The notes: generated from the sequence alone by a model not told the origin. A stretch of DNA of 46,889 nt from Octopus sinensis (GCF_006345805.1 NW_021829899.1:1-46889), one strand, 5' to 3'; shown: positions 1 through 12,800, counted from the first letter of the stretch. A program made the numbers and translations.

Positions 1-212
1 AGCGAAAATACCTGGAGCTCCACGAGGCGCCGGCAGGGGATGGTGGCAATCCTGCTGTACTCTTTCGCCGCAAATTTCTCTCACTCTTTCTTCTGTTGGC
101 CTGCTCGCTTAGCCAGCGGGGTGGCGTCATTGAAGGCTTAAACAATGCGAAGCGCATTGTGAACATGATGTGTAGCATCAGCTGATAGCCTGGTCGGACA
201 CGTGATCACGTG
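1..212 (+). mobile_element. tRNA-derived SINE (family S1 body, alternative 3' tail), cut by the window start
   Basis: 1-90 matches the S1 body (GAGCTCCACGAGGC.CCGGCAGGGGATGGTGG...CCTGCTGTACTCTTTCGCC) seen at 28400-28713, 31726-31868 and 36260-36561. The tail differs and ends in CACGTGATCACGTG before (TA)n. Confidence 0.8.
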
Positions 213-261
213 ATTATATATATTACATATATTATATATATATATATAATACACACACACA

Positions 262-363
<102 letters not shown>

Positions 364-1420
364 TATATGTATATGTGTATATATATCATAGAAACCCCGG
401 AATATTTATGTATCTTTTATTTCTGAAATGGAAGCGAAACCTTGTGCATTAATGACGGTTACGGTTAAGTTTCATTGTGCAAAGTGCCACCAATATAATG
501 TAATCTTGTATTATAAATCATAGACGAATATATTTGACGTTGAATGTTTACAGCATAGTAGAAAAGTGGAAAAAGGAAAAAAAATGGAAACTCATTTTTT
601 ATAAAATAAGCATAATCGAAATCTACCTTCATTGCTTTAATATTATAGTACATAAGCTATAGTGCTGGTTTATAGAAAATGTCAAAATATTTATCTTCAT
701 GGAACAAACAACTCAACCATGTGCAATCATACTATTCATTCACACGTCTGTATTTACAACACAGACATAAAAGATTACAGAGAATCGAGATAAAGCAACA
801 GGTCAAATTCTATGAAACCAGTGGTACGAGAAAGATTACGTAGTTGTCGTAATTACATAGAGCTAAATGATGTATTCATATATCTCCTATCTATATATCA
901 AACTGTCACGCACTCCTTCTCTGCATATGTGTCTGTGTGAACATGTAATTACACACACATACACACCCACCCACGTAAACATTTATGTATGTGTATATAT
1001 GTATATACATACCTACATACACACATATAAGTATATTTATTTATTCGCTTGAGTTATTGTCGCTATTGAACTTTTCTTTTGATGCTGAAATTGCCGTTAT
1101 GGTAGTTATTTTTGTTGTTGTTTTCGCCGCTACTGCCTGCTTTTGGTTCCTCTGTTATCACTATTGCAATATAATAAGTTTGGAGATGGAATTTGTTCTT
1201 AGTTGGTAGGAACGGATTTTTGTCGACGCGAGATGGCCAACTAGAACTCCTATCCAGATACTATCTTCCACAGAACAAGGGATCCCACAATTACCGTTTC
1301 TTATCAATGTCTGAGTTCTGTTGCACTATTGGGAACCTCGACCGTAGAGATTCCAACCTCCCACACTCATTCCAGGAGATCACCATTTATAGCCTCCCAC
1401 AGTTCCTGTGACACGCTACA

Positions 1421-1590
1421 TTATTTACATTATTTACATTATTTACATTATTTACATTTGAGGGATATTTATCCTCATCTTGTTTGTTGTTAACAACATT
1501 TCGGTTGAAATACCCTCCAGTCTTCATCATGTGTCTTGGGGAAATTTCGGACCAGAGTTCTCATTCCTAACGCATTTTTCGATGTTGTTA
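1421..1590 (-). mobile_element. Hammerhead-bearing family A arm (inverted, degenerate core ATGATGA)
   Basis: Reverse complement aligns to 2506-2680, 41350-41500 and 41768-41925. Motif GACAC ATGATGA AGACTG..CAACC GAAATGTT at ~1492-1535. Confidence 0.8.
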
Positions 1591-1686
1591 TTATTATTAT
1601 TATTATTATTATCATCATCATCATCATTATATTATATTATATTTTATTATTATTATTATTATTATTATTATATTATTATTATTATT

Positions 1687-2221
1687 GAGTGAGAGAGAGC
1701 AGTTCATGCCATCAAAGTGACACTGGGGTAAAATATACGAAGCCCAATATACCCATCATGACTACCCGTCTGATAAGGGTACACCAGGCACATGCATCAC
1801 AACCATATGTGTGCGACATGGTGACCTCGTATCAAAATAAAAAGCACATGACCTTGCAGGTGGGGCCCAGTTAGAATTTTCTTCAGATTGAGTAGCCCAT
1901 CCCGCTCAAAAGGTCCCTGAATAAGGGTTGTTTAAGGTTGTTGAAAGAACCACCCATGTTTCCAGAGGTGAATTATTCAAACCCCAAAGAATCCCTCTCA
2001 ACACATGGCTATGATGCTCCCCCACTACTTCTGCTCGTGATCAGAGATGCACATATTGTCAGCCACTAAGGGACATGCTCAACTGGTTAAGGTCAAACAA
2101 TTGACAAGCAAATCTGTGGTATTGAGCAGAATATTTGCTGTAGCCCATCTTTTATACCAAGACAAAACAAGTGTACATGATAACACTTCCAATCAGTTAA
2201 GATCAGAAGCCATGAGAGCCA
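1687..2221 (-). mobile_element. ~535-bp non-coding repeat inserted in (AAT)n, unclassified non-autonomous retroelement
   Basis: Near full-length inverted copy at ~16010-16563. Both copies are flanked by (AAT)/(ATT)n on both sides. Strand assigned only from the (AAT)n orientation. Confidence 0.75.
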
Positions 2222-2222
2222 C

Positions 2223-2254
<32 letters not shown>

Positions 2255-2279
2255 TATTATTATTATTATTATCATCATC

Positions 2280-2317
<38 letters not shown>

Positions 2318-2348
2318 TCATCATCATCATCATCATCATCATCATTCA

Positions 2349-2382
<34 letters not shown>

Positions 2383-2386
2383 CATG

Positions 2387-2435
<49 letters not shown>

Positions 2436-2457
2436 TATTATTATTATTATTATTATA

Positions 2458-2489
<32 letters not shown>

Positions 2490-2505
2490 CATTATTATTA
2501 TTACA

Positions 2506-2715
2506 AATAACATGGAAAAATACCTTAGGAATGAGAATCCAGGTTCGAAATTACTCCAAGACACCTGATGGAGAGTATATAAGCCGAAACGTTGATGGAG
2601 AGTATATCAGCCGAAACGTTGTGTTAACAACAAACAAGATGAGCACAAATATCCGTCGAATGTAAATAACATAAATAATGTACATAATTCCTCATCTCTT
2701 AGATATAGAACTGTG
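2506..2715 (+). mobile_element. Hammerhead-bearing family A arm with 3' tail; ribozyme disrupted
   Basis: Matches 41768-41959 through AGAACTGTG. Core GACAC-CTGATG has lost AAGGCTG and carries a 27-bp tandem duplication (2566-2592 / 2593-2619). Confidence 0.85.
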
Positions 2716-3019
2716 CTGTCATACGCTGTTAACAATGTCTGGTAAGGGGGATAGCTCCCTATTTATAAAACCTGAACTGCATCTCAGAGTATCATAGGTG
2801 GAAGGGAGTGTCCAATGATATTTTTCCATGAACGCTCCCAAGACTAATATGAGGGGAAGGGGAATTTTACAGTGGGAGAGTGATCTGGTTAGTGTTAGGC
2901 GACGAGGTGAAACTAAGGGCGGAGAAACGATGGGATTGGAAATAGTGGAGGGAGGAGATGCCCTCTCTTGTTTTCCGAGTAAGAATGGAAATTGTAGTAG
3001 CGATAGAAAAGGTAGGGTG

Positions 3020-3444
3020 AGAGGGAGAGCTATAGAGAGGGAGAGAGAAAGAGACAGAGAGATAGACAGAGATAAAGTGGGACAGAGAGAGAGAGAGAGA
3101 AATAGGAAAAGAGATAGACAGAGAAAGAAATAGACAAAAACAGAAAAATATAGAGACAGAAAAAGAGAGAAAAGAGAGAAAAGAGAGAGAGAGAAAGAGA
3201 AAGACAGATAGCGAGGGAGAGAAGGAGAAAAGAGAATGACAGAGAAAGAGAGAGACAAAAAGAGAAAGATATGGAGAGACAAAAAGAGAGAAAAAAGAGA
3301 GAGAGAGAGAAAGACAGACAAATTGAGAAAGAGAGAGAGAGACAGAGAGACAGAGTTAAACTGAGACATAGAGAGAGAGAGATCGGAAAAGAGATAGACA
3401 GAGAAAGAGAGAGAGAAAAGACAGAAAGATATGGAGACAGAAAA

Positions 3445-3482
<38 letters not shown>

Positions 3483-3578
3483 AGAAAGAGAGACAGACAG
3501 AGAGACAGACAGAGTCAAACTGAGGTAGAGAGAGAGACAGAGAAAGAGAGAAACAAAAAGACAAAGATACAGAAACAG

Positions 3579-3626
<48 letters not shown>

Positions 3627-3865
3627 AAAGAGACAGAGAGAGCGAGAGATAGAAGGAGACAAAGTGAGACTGTGAGAGAACGAGAGAGAGGAAAAGAGAT
3701 AGACAGAGAAATAGAGAGACGAAAAACAGAAAGATATGGAGACAGAAAAAGAGAGAAAAGAGAGAGAGAGAGAAAAAAGACAGACAGACAGATAAAGAGA
3801 GCCAGACAGAGAGAGAGAGGTAAGGTCAGAGAAAGAGGAGAGAGAGAGAGAGGGGGGGAGAGAGC
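3020..3865. repeat. Degenerate (GA)n purine tract with higher-order repeat units
   Basis: Recurrent AAAGATATGGAGACAGAAAAAGAG-like blocks near 3145, 3265, 3425 and 3730. Confidence 0.9.
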
Positions 3866-4286
3866 ACATATAAACCCAAGACTAAATAGTGTCTGTTAGT
3901 CGTCATTGTTTTCCTTATTGTTGTTGCTGTCGTCAGTATCATGGTCGCCATTGTTGTGGCTGTCGTTGCTATTGATCGGTCATCGTTATCATCGATATTG
4001 TTGTTGTTGTTCTCAGTGTCGTCTTTGTTGTTAATTTCATCGTTGCCACCGACTTTGTTGCTATTTTTGTCGCTATTGTCATCGAGGTCATTATTGTGAT
4101 CCTGACTGATTATCACCATTCTTGTTGTTGGTGTTGTTGGTGCTTTTGTTTTTTTTTATTCCATTGTTGTTCTTGCTGATGTTGATGTTGTTGTTTATGT
4201 TATTGTTGCTGTTGCTATTGTTGTTGTTATTGCAATTTTTTGCCTTCAATTTTGTCGTCGGCGTTGTTGTTACTACTATTATTGTT

Positions 4287-4550
4287 GCGAAGGTGTTACG
4301 ATCGTGGGCCGAATATCCTGACCATGATCGTAAGTTTATGAGTTCGATTCCTTGCGGTGCGTTGTGTTCTTGAGCAAGGCACTCAACTGGTAAAAGATGA
4401 GTTGTACCTGTAATTCAAAGGGGGCCATGTCACGCTGAATCTCTCTGAGAAGTATGTTAAGGATATGCATGTCTGCGAAGCGCTCAGCCACTTGCACTTT
4501 AATTTCACGAGCTGGTTGTTCTGTTGATAGGCTCAGCTGGAACATTCGCC
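4287..4550 (+). mobile_element. Degenerate tRNA-derived SINE with CORE-like block
   Basis: B-box GAGTTCGATTCC followed by GCGTTGTGTTCTTGAGCAAGGCAC, as in 42853-43197. Confidence 0.65.
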
Positions 4551-4678
4551 GTCATAACCTACGTATATATAGACACACGTTTATGCATACACTTTGCTAG
4601 CCAGATTCATGTATGAAGTGCTGCTGAGGTGACTGACTCCGTAACCGACGTCTTGCTACTAATATTCTTGGCGTTGAC

Positions 4679-5266
4679 GGCGGCGAGGTGGCAGAAATGT
4701 TAGCGCGGCGGGTGAAATGCTTAGCGGTATTTCGACTACAGTTACGTTCTGAGTTCAAATTCCGCCGAGGTCGACATTTACTTTCATCCTTTCGGGGTCG
4801 ATTAAACAAGTACCAGTTGCGCACTGGGATCGTTATAATCGGTTTAATCCGTTTGTCTGTCCTTGTTTGTCCCCTCTGTGTTTAGCTCCTTGTGGGTAGT
4901 AAATCTGTCTTTATGTTCTGAGTCCAAATGCCTTTCATCCTTTCGAAGTCGATAAATTAAGTACCAGTTACGCACTAGTGTCGATGTAATCAACTTAAAA
5001 TCCTTTTTTCTGTCCTTTTTTGTCCCCTCTACGTTTAGCCCCTTGTGGGCAATAAAGAAATAAGAAACGTTAGCACGCTGGGCAAAATGCTTGGCGGTAT
5101 TTCATCTTTCTTTACGTTCTGAGTTCAAATTCTGCCGTGGTCGACATTGCCTTTCGTCGCTTCGGAGTCGATAAATTAAGTACCAGTTGCGTACTGGAGT
5201 CGATCTAATCGAACTACTTCCTCTCACCAAATTTCAGACCTTGTGCCTAGAGTGGAAAAGAATATT
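4679..5266 (+). mobile_element. SINE family Y, internally trimeric copy
   Basis: Head GGCGGCGAG.TGGCAGAAA, B-box GAGTTCAAATTCC, three tandem GCCTTTCATCCTTTCGGGGTCGATAAATTAAGTACCAG-like blocks, tail TTGTGCCTAGAGT. Same layout inverted at 26879-27462. Confidence 0.85.
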
Positions 5267-6114
5267 CTTGACGTGTTGTTCACGCTACGTCATTGCATTC
5301 TTTGTTGCTATCGATGTTTCTGTTGGCAATGATGCTGCAATTTACTGTTGTCCACTTTATTGTTATTGTTGTCATTACCGATGCTGCATCTGTCTTTGTT
5401 GTTGCTAATGCACTTGATATTGCTATCGATATCGCGAAAGTCATTCTTTTCTTTCTTGCTGGTGCTCTCGTTGTTCTTTTCGTTACTGTTGTTGTATCAC
5501 TAACAACATATACATTGCTATTTCTGTTGCTGACTATGATAATGATCCTACCGTTGCTAATGTTTTGTTACGGCTACTGTTCATGCTACAGTCATCAACT
5601 TCTTTGTTATTGCTAACGTTTTCGTTGCCATCATTGTTGGCATTGCTAATTTTAAAGCCATTACCGTTGTGGTCTCCACTGCTACTGTTGTAGCTAGTGG
5701 TGTTGTCTCGTTGCTGGCGATTCTGTTGCTAATGTTTTCATGTTGCTAATGACGTCGTGTTGTTGTCGCTAACAGCGTTGTTTTTAATTGCAGTTATTTT
5801 GTCTCTAATATTTCTGTTACTGTTGCTATTTAATCACTATCCGTTTCCAATGTTGTTGTTGTTGTTACACTTGTTGTTATTGTCTAAGGTTTGGATGGCG
5901 GTTGTGATAGTGAGGATATTGTGGATCGCTGGGTTAAATATTGAAATTTTTGCAAAGAACGACAGCTTCAAAGTGCAATAACATTTAACAGTTATTTATC
6001 GATTTATCGATCCATATTCAACATATACTATCCCTACAACCTGTCAAACCCTTAATCTTTGACTTCTCCATCTAGCTGTTTATATACCAACAGAGAAAAA
6101 TATGTATATGCATG

Positions 6115-6159
<45 letters not shown>

Positions 6160-6195
6160 GGCATGCACACACACACACACACACACACACACAAC

Positions 6196-6240
<45 letters not shown>

Positions 6241-6550
6241 TTATATAGGTGTGAGCGTGTGTAGGTATGTATTGCTTGTAAGTATGAATGCATGTATGTT
6301 TATATGTACATCTCTATGTATGTATATATATGGGTGTATGGTGTATCTATCCATACACATACAAGCTCGCATGCGGACGTATGTCAATAGCTACGTAGCT
6401 TTATAGATACATATACGTACTTGCACATATGAAAACACATGAGAGTCTCATTTCATATGCGAATTTTCTTTACCCATTCATCTGTACACTCTTAAATATA
6501 TGTCGCTCTATATGTCTATATCAGTAGCATGTATACATCTGTTGTGTTGT

Positions 6551-6616
<66 letters not shown>

Positions 6617-6963
6617 GTATACGTATATATATATTATATGAACTTATACATATATATACATATATGTATTATTATATTATGTATATATAGATGCAAATAG
6701 ACGTGTATATACATATATGTATATACATATGTGAGTAGTGTATGTTAACGTATATATATATACATACATTCACATATATATACACACACACGCACACACA
6801 TATATTAATGCATACTACATACACACACATATTCATATATAAAGCATACAGACGTGTATATATATACATATACATAAATATATGTATATACTTGTATATA
6901 TTATATATATAATATATATATATATGTGTATGCATATATATATATAAATATGTATATATAAAC

Positions 6964-7041
<78 letters not shown>

Positions 7042-7871
7042 GTGTATTAACGTATGTCCAATATATATATATGCATATATATATTTGCATATATACATAT
7101 ATTCAGATTGCATATATGTGTGTGTATGTGTATTTGTATGTATATGTGTGAATGTGCACGTGTATATATGCAAATACATATATACACGTATACATTCATT
7201 CTATCGTACATAAAAAATGATTAAGTTCACAAAAAAAAAAAATGAAGATGATGAGGGAAAAAATAAGCCAAAAAGACAAGAAGCTAAACGAGATATATAA
7301 AATAAAATGAAATAAAAATGAAATCAAAGCAGCCATAAGACGTTAAGAGTGAGTTTCAAAGATGGCGGTATAGTATAGTCTAAGAAAGAAATCCCAATAA
7401 AATAAAATATAATCAAAACCAGTGCAGAAAATGAAATATAATGATGGACGTTAGAATGAAAACGATGATTTATCGATCAGTTACGACTCTACATTACACT
7501 CATAGAATTATTTATATTATAAAGTTTGTATTTTCTTTGCGTTTGTCATATATTTTTCTATCGCTTATTTCTGTCTTTATCCAGCAACCTCCTTTCATCT
7601 CATTCTCTCTCTGTTTCTCTATCTCTCACCCTCTCAAACACATACACACATTCAGAGACACGCATCCTCTCTATTTCTCCGTCTCCGTCTCCCCCCCTCT
7701 CTCTCTTTCTCTTGTTCTCGCTCTATTTCTTTTTCTTTTTCTCTTTCACTTATTTTGTTTTTTAACAATTTCGCGGTGTAATATAGGATCTTGAGATGGA
7801 ACGATAGAGTCGTAATGGCAGTTGGTGTAACAGCAGTACTAGTGGTTGGTGAAGTAGTTATTATGTAGTTA

Positions 7872-7893
7872 TAATAATATTAATAATAATAAT

Positions 7894-7946
<53 letters not shown>

Positions 7947-9000
7947 TAATAATAATAATAATAATAATAAAAGTAATAATTACCACAACACATAAGAATA
8001 ATATTAATAACAGGAACGATAGTAATAATAATGATGATGATGGTGCTGAAGAAGAAGAAGAAGAAGAAGAAGAAGAAGAAGAAGAAGAAGAAGAAGAGAA
8101 GAGAAGAGAAAAGAAGAGAAGAAGAAGAAAAGAAAGAAGAAGGAAGAAGATAAGAAGAAGAAGAAGAAGAAAGGAAGAAGAAGTAAGAGAAGGAAAGATA
8201 AGAAGAGAAGAAGAATAATAGAATATAAAGAAGAAGAAAAGAAGAAGAAGAAGACAGAAAGAAGAGAATAAAAGAACAGAAGAAGAAGATATAGAAGAAA
8301 GGAGAAGGCAAGACTAGAAGAAGAAGAGAAGTAGAAGAAGCGAGTACGAAGACGGTAAGAAGAGTAAGAGAATCGCATAATAATAAGAAGAAGAAGATAG
8401 AATAAGTAAGAAGAGAGAAGAAGAATAATCTAGAAATAATAAGAACACATACGATAAGAGAGAAGAAAGAAGTAAGAAGAAGAAATAAGAAGTAGGAAGA
8501 TAGAAGAAGAAGAAGAAGAAGAATACAAGAGTAGTAAGAATAAGAAAGAAGAAGAAGAAGAGCAGAAGAAGTAAAGAGAAAAGAACGAACTAATGAATGA
8601 GATAAGCCAAGTAAGCCAAGTAGAAGAGTAGAAAGTTACTCCACAGAAGAAGAAAGAAGAACCTAATAAGATGAATGAATGAAGACAGAAGAAGAGAATG
8701 TGCTAATATAATAATAGATAAGAAGATCAGAAAGATGCTAAGAAAGAAGAAGATAGAGAAAAGAAAATACTAGAAGAAGAAGCCAGAAGAAGAAGAAGAA
8801 GAAGAAGAAGAAGAAGAGAAGAGAGAAGAAGAAAGAAGAAGAAGAAGAAGAACGAAGAAAGAAAGAGGAAGTCGAAGAAGAAGAAGAGACAAGAAGAAGA
8901 AGAAAGAAAAGAGAAGAAGAAGATAGAAGAAGGAAAGAAGAAGAAAGCAAGAAGAAAGAAGAAGAAGAAGAAGAAGAGACGAAGAAGAAGAGCACGCAAC
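7872..9000. repeat. (AAT)n followed by ~950-bp degenerate (GAA)n tract
   Basis: Directly visible. GAA is purest at both ends (8047-8100, 8780-8980) and noisy in the middle. Confidence 0.95.
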
Positions 9001-9349
9001 AATAAAAATATAAAGATATTGATCAGAGATTGCCAGTTCGTATTTAGTTATTGCGTGATTGATTTCGTTGCTTAACGAGAACTCGGCGCGTAAGATTTAT
9101 CAACACGAGTAGTGCTTTGGGTTTCTAGTTTTACCGTTGAGTTTCACCCTTATCATACATACATACATACATAGACATATATATTAAATATTTAAATGTA
9201 TATATATACTATATATATATATACCATATAATATATTCATATATATATATTCATATATATATACATATATATATATATATAAATATATATATATATTACA
9301 TACACATACACACACAGAGGCACACACACATATGGAATACTAAGTTGGT

Positions 9350-9505
9350 GTCTCTATTGCTAAGAAGATCGCTTTGCAACTGCGCGGTTTCAAGTTTAGT
9401 CCTTTACGCAGAACCTTAGGCAAATGTCTTATACTTTAGCCACGGGTCGACCAGTACTTTACGAGTGAATTTCGAAGAAGGAAAATGTGATGAAGCCCAT
9501 TGGAA
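9350..9505 (+). mobile_element. Degenerate 5' half of SINE family X
   Basis: ACCTTAGGCAAATGTCTT.TACT.TAGCC.CGGG.CGACCA...GAAGCCC matches 23031-23195. Confidence 0.7.
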
Positions 9506-9785
9506 ATATGTGTGTGTGTGTGTGTGTATGCGACTCGATACTGTTTTCTGCTTCCATTCTTCTCTAATTCCCTTTTCCCGCCTCCCTCTTTAACCGTTTT
9601 CTATGTGTCTTTCTGTCTCTCATTTCTCTTTTTCTCTCTCTCATTTCTCACACATGACAGACCCTAACACACAGCCACGCCTGTGCCTGTATATATAAAT
9701 TTTCAAGTGCTATAATATGTCATATGGTTGCCGTGCGTGTTGTATCATGTTCTTTACATGTATAAATCCTGCGTATTATGGATTA

Positions 9786-9930
9786 GTGAAGTCGCGTGGC
9801 CTAGTGGCTGTACTCAAGATCACGAGATCGTGGTTTCGATCCCCACACAAGTTGTGCTTTTTGCTCTTGAGGAAAAGACTTCATTCCGCTTTGTTCTACG
9901 TCGCTCAACTACATGCCAATCCACTACAAG
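9786..9930 (+). mobile_element. Degenerate tRNA-derived SINE head
   Basis: A-box-like TGGCCTAGTGG and B-box GGTTTCGATCCC, then a CORE-like block. Confidence 0.6.
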
Positions 9931-9944
9931 ATAATGGATTGGCT

Positions 9945-10080
9945 TACAAGTGTGGGGTGCACAAGGGTTAGGCGTATAAGTGTGAGTCGTACAAGTGTGT
10001 GGCGTACAAGGGTGAGGCGCACATGAGTTAGGTGAACAAGGGTGAGGCGTACAAGGCTGAGGCGCAGAAGGGTGAGCCAC
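9945..10080. repeat. 15-bp minisatellite (GGCGTACAAGGGTGA-like), about 8-9 degenerate units
   Basis: Tandem units directly visible; produces the pseudo-repeat ORFs PHPC / VRLTL. Confidence 0.85.
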
Positions 10081-10208
10081 GTTTTGTATTCAGTGATTGA
10101 AAGATTGAATAGTACCAACGATGTTATCAATACCGACTGATTGAGATTCGTTGTTCAACCGCGTCGGAGGTAATTATGATATGGATTACTCGCGGATTTA
10201 GCATCATG

Positions 10209-10420
10209 TGTGAAAGTGGCGTGGAGTAATGGTTAAGTTGTGACACTGATAATCGCAAGATGATGGTTTCGAGTCATAGATCGGGCGCTCCGTTGTGTTC
10301 CTGGGCAAAAACATTTAATTTCAAGTTGCTCTACGATAACTTTTACATATGGAGATTGGCACACCCTGTACCTGTACAAGCAGTATGAATTTGATGGATG
10401 GAGCTTGTGTAGAGAACATA
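10209..10420 (+). mobile_element. Degenerate tRNA-derived SINE
   Basis: TGGAGTAATGGTTAAG...GGTTTCGAGTC...GTTGTGTTCCTGGGCAAAAACATTT; tail resembles 24817-25010. Confidence 0.6.
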
Positions 10421-10814
10421 CATTTCATTATTTTATGTCCTGGTGTGAGATATTATAATTTAACGAACAGGGGTAAAGAAAGTATTTATACGACTCAATA
10501 ATATTAATATTACTCGAGGTTAAACACACTCTGCCAACGGCTCACAGTGAACTGCTTCCCCTCAGTTGCTCACAGTACTTTATTTTATAGCAAAGTGACA
10601 GTCCAATTGGGCTGGTCGGAAACCTTCCACATCACATTACTATAAGAATATCTGTGCAGATTCTTCTGCAAGAACTGTTGGACCCATCACACGTCGTTCA
10701 TGACAGGAGAATCCATCGATTGCCTAGTAATATTTTCTGTAAGCCTTTGAGTATGCGTCCCCTAGTATATTTAAAAATCCAGAAGGATTCGATGTAGTAC
10801 GTGCAATTCTTTCT

Positions 10815-11000
10815 ATATCAGACGCTAGGCTACGGCCAAATCGGGGCACTACCTTGAAGGGTTTAGTCGAACAGATGGGGCGCATTACTTTGTTTATTCC
10901 AAGTCTGTTACATATTCTGTCGGTCTCTTTCTTGCGAACCACTAATATATCGAGATACAAACAAAACATCACCGGATGTCAAACAGTGCGAATGCAACAA
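10815..11000 (-). mobile_element. Degenerate 3' half of SINE family X
   Basis: GGGGCACTACCTTGAAGGGTTTAGTCGAACA...TATTCTGTCGGTCTCTTT is the reverse complement of 23250-23420. Confidence 0.6.
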
Positions 11001-11058
11001 AATAAACACTCAAGCAGATACATGCACACACACACATACACACATGTATACCAATATG

Positions 11059-11089
<31 letters not shown>

Positions 11090-11120
11090 GATATATATAT
11101 ATATATATAATAAATAAATA

Positions 11121-11790
11121 TTAGGGAATAAATCCAAATTACAGGGAAAAATCAGATTTAGGATTAATCCAATTTTATACTAAAAATTATATAATATTAT
11201 TAGAGACAAAACCACTATTTTGCAAACCAAACAAGGAAAGACTTAATCATACATAAAATTTTAATAAAAAGTCAAAAAAACCGCCACTACAATTGTTTCT
11301 TGTCTTGATCGACAATCTTCAGGTGGACTTCTCCAATCTAAAATATCAATATTTTAAAATATAAAAATAATAATTTTAAAATAATTAAAGTATTAATGAA
11401 AAAATATAATAAATAATCTATTTATAACCTATATATGATCCATATAATCAATATATAACAATATATAAACTAAAATAAACCTATCAGCAATTAATATAAA
11501 ATATAAAATATAAAATATAAAATATAAAACAAAACAAAAAATAAACTATATATACACCCATACACATATAACTAATTATATATAACCATATATAAATACA
11601 TACACTAAATCACACACACCTATATATATATCCCTATACATACACATAAAAACGTCTAGGCAACGATAAATAAATAAAATAGCTAAATACTTCAACACAA
11701 TACTTATTCATACTCCCTCACACACACATACAACCCACATTCCCGCTCTAGAAACGGACATCACTTAAAATAGTGGTTTTTGTCCAACGA
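11121..11790 (-). mobile_element. Penelope-like non-autonomous element with hammerhead motif and short inverted end
   Basis: Embedded in (TA)n, contains an intact hammerhead. GACAAAACCACTATTTT (11205-11221) recurs inverted at 11767-11784. Confidence 0.6.
11284..11326 (-). ncRNA. Type I hammerhead ribozyme motif, canonical core
   Basis: Minus strand: CCAC-CTGAAGA-TTGTC(GATCAA)GACAA-GAA-ACAATTGT-A-GTGG. Stem I 4 bp, stem II 5 bp, palindromic helix III, GUA cleavage triplet. Confidence 0.85.
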
Positions 11791-11802
11791 ATAATATATA
11801 TC

Positions 11803-11861
<59 letters not shown>

Positions 11862-11879
11862 CTATATACACGCACACAA

Positions 11880-12195
11880 GTGAAGGCACATGGCTCAGTT
11901 GTTAGGGCTTCGAACTTACGACCACGATGTTGTGAGTTCGAATCCTGGACGGAGCTGCGTGTTGTGTTCTTGATCAAGACACTTTATTGTTGCTCCAGTT
12001 TATTCAGCTGTAGAAATGTGTTTGCGACGTCACTGGTCAGCCTTGCTTTTTCCTTCGATTACATTGGTGGCGTGGATAGGGGAGGCCGGTATGTCTACTG
12101 GTCTTCCATAAACAACCTTGCCCGGACTTGTGCCTCGCAGGGGAACTTTCTAGGTGCAATCCCATGGTCATCCGTGACCAAAGGGTGTTCTTGAC
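11880..12195 (+). mobile_element. tRNA-derived CORE-like SINE (family S3)
   Basis: A-box TGGCTCAGTTG and B-box GAGTTCGAATCC; colinear with 42853-43197. Confidence 0.9.
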
Positions 12196-12204
12196 GCACA
12201 CACG

Positions 12205-12365
12205 ACATGCTTTCACGCAGTTTTATCTATAAAACACAAGAGACATCGCTCAGTCCCTGGTCATAGAATAAGACATCATTTGTCCAAGGTGCCGTGCAGT
12301 GGTATTGATCTTGAAGACAAGGGGTTCCAATTTAAGGTTCCAAAACGTACATCCATGTCTGCATC
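12205..12365 (-). mobile_element. Degenerate 5' half of SINE family X
   Basis: AGACATCATTTGTCCAAGGTGCCGTGCAGTGG is the reverse complement of the family X head region. Confidence 0.55.
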
Positions 12366-12800
12366 TATATATATACATGTGTGTGTATGTATGAGTGTGC
12401 GTGTGTTTGTGTGTAGACGTGTGTGTGTGTGTGTGTACGCGTAGATATAATCGCAGATGCGGGTATTAAACATTTAAAGGAACTTGATTACAAAAACACA
12501 GTATTCTACGTAAATATTCAAAATATTCACACACACACACACACACATACACAGAGAAAGAAACAAAATAACCCATTTCTTTCGGCTATTAAAAGCTATC
12601 TTCAGAAAAATGTGTCTCCGAGGAGTGCATTTAATGGCCGAAACAAATTGCATGCTTGTAAGAATTGATTGAATTAAACTCATATGTATATAATCACATT
12701 TACAACACACACAGGCACACTCACACACACACACAAACACATGCAAGCACACACGCACAAACACATACACACACGCTTATATATATATATATATACATAT

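Noticed and set aside
1200-1420. Moderately GC-rich segments flanking the family A locus (also 2716-3010) as possible retroelement coding remnants
   Set aside because: No RT, endonuclease or gag motif recognised in the frames I read.
2719-3869. Longest ORFs (281 and 279 aa, minus strand)
   Set aside because: Open only because (TC)n lacks stop codons; the non-repetitive tail has no recognisable motif.
4679-5266. Repeat-spacer-like periodicity suggesting a CRISPR array
   Set aside because: Units are ~180-bp SINE modules with similar rather than unique spacers, in eukaryotic DNA with no cas genes.
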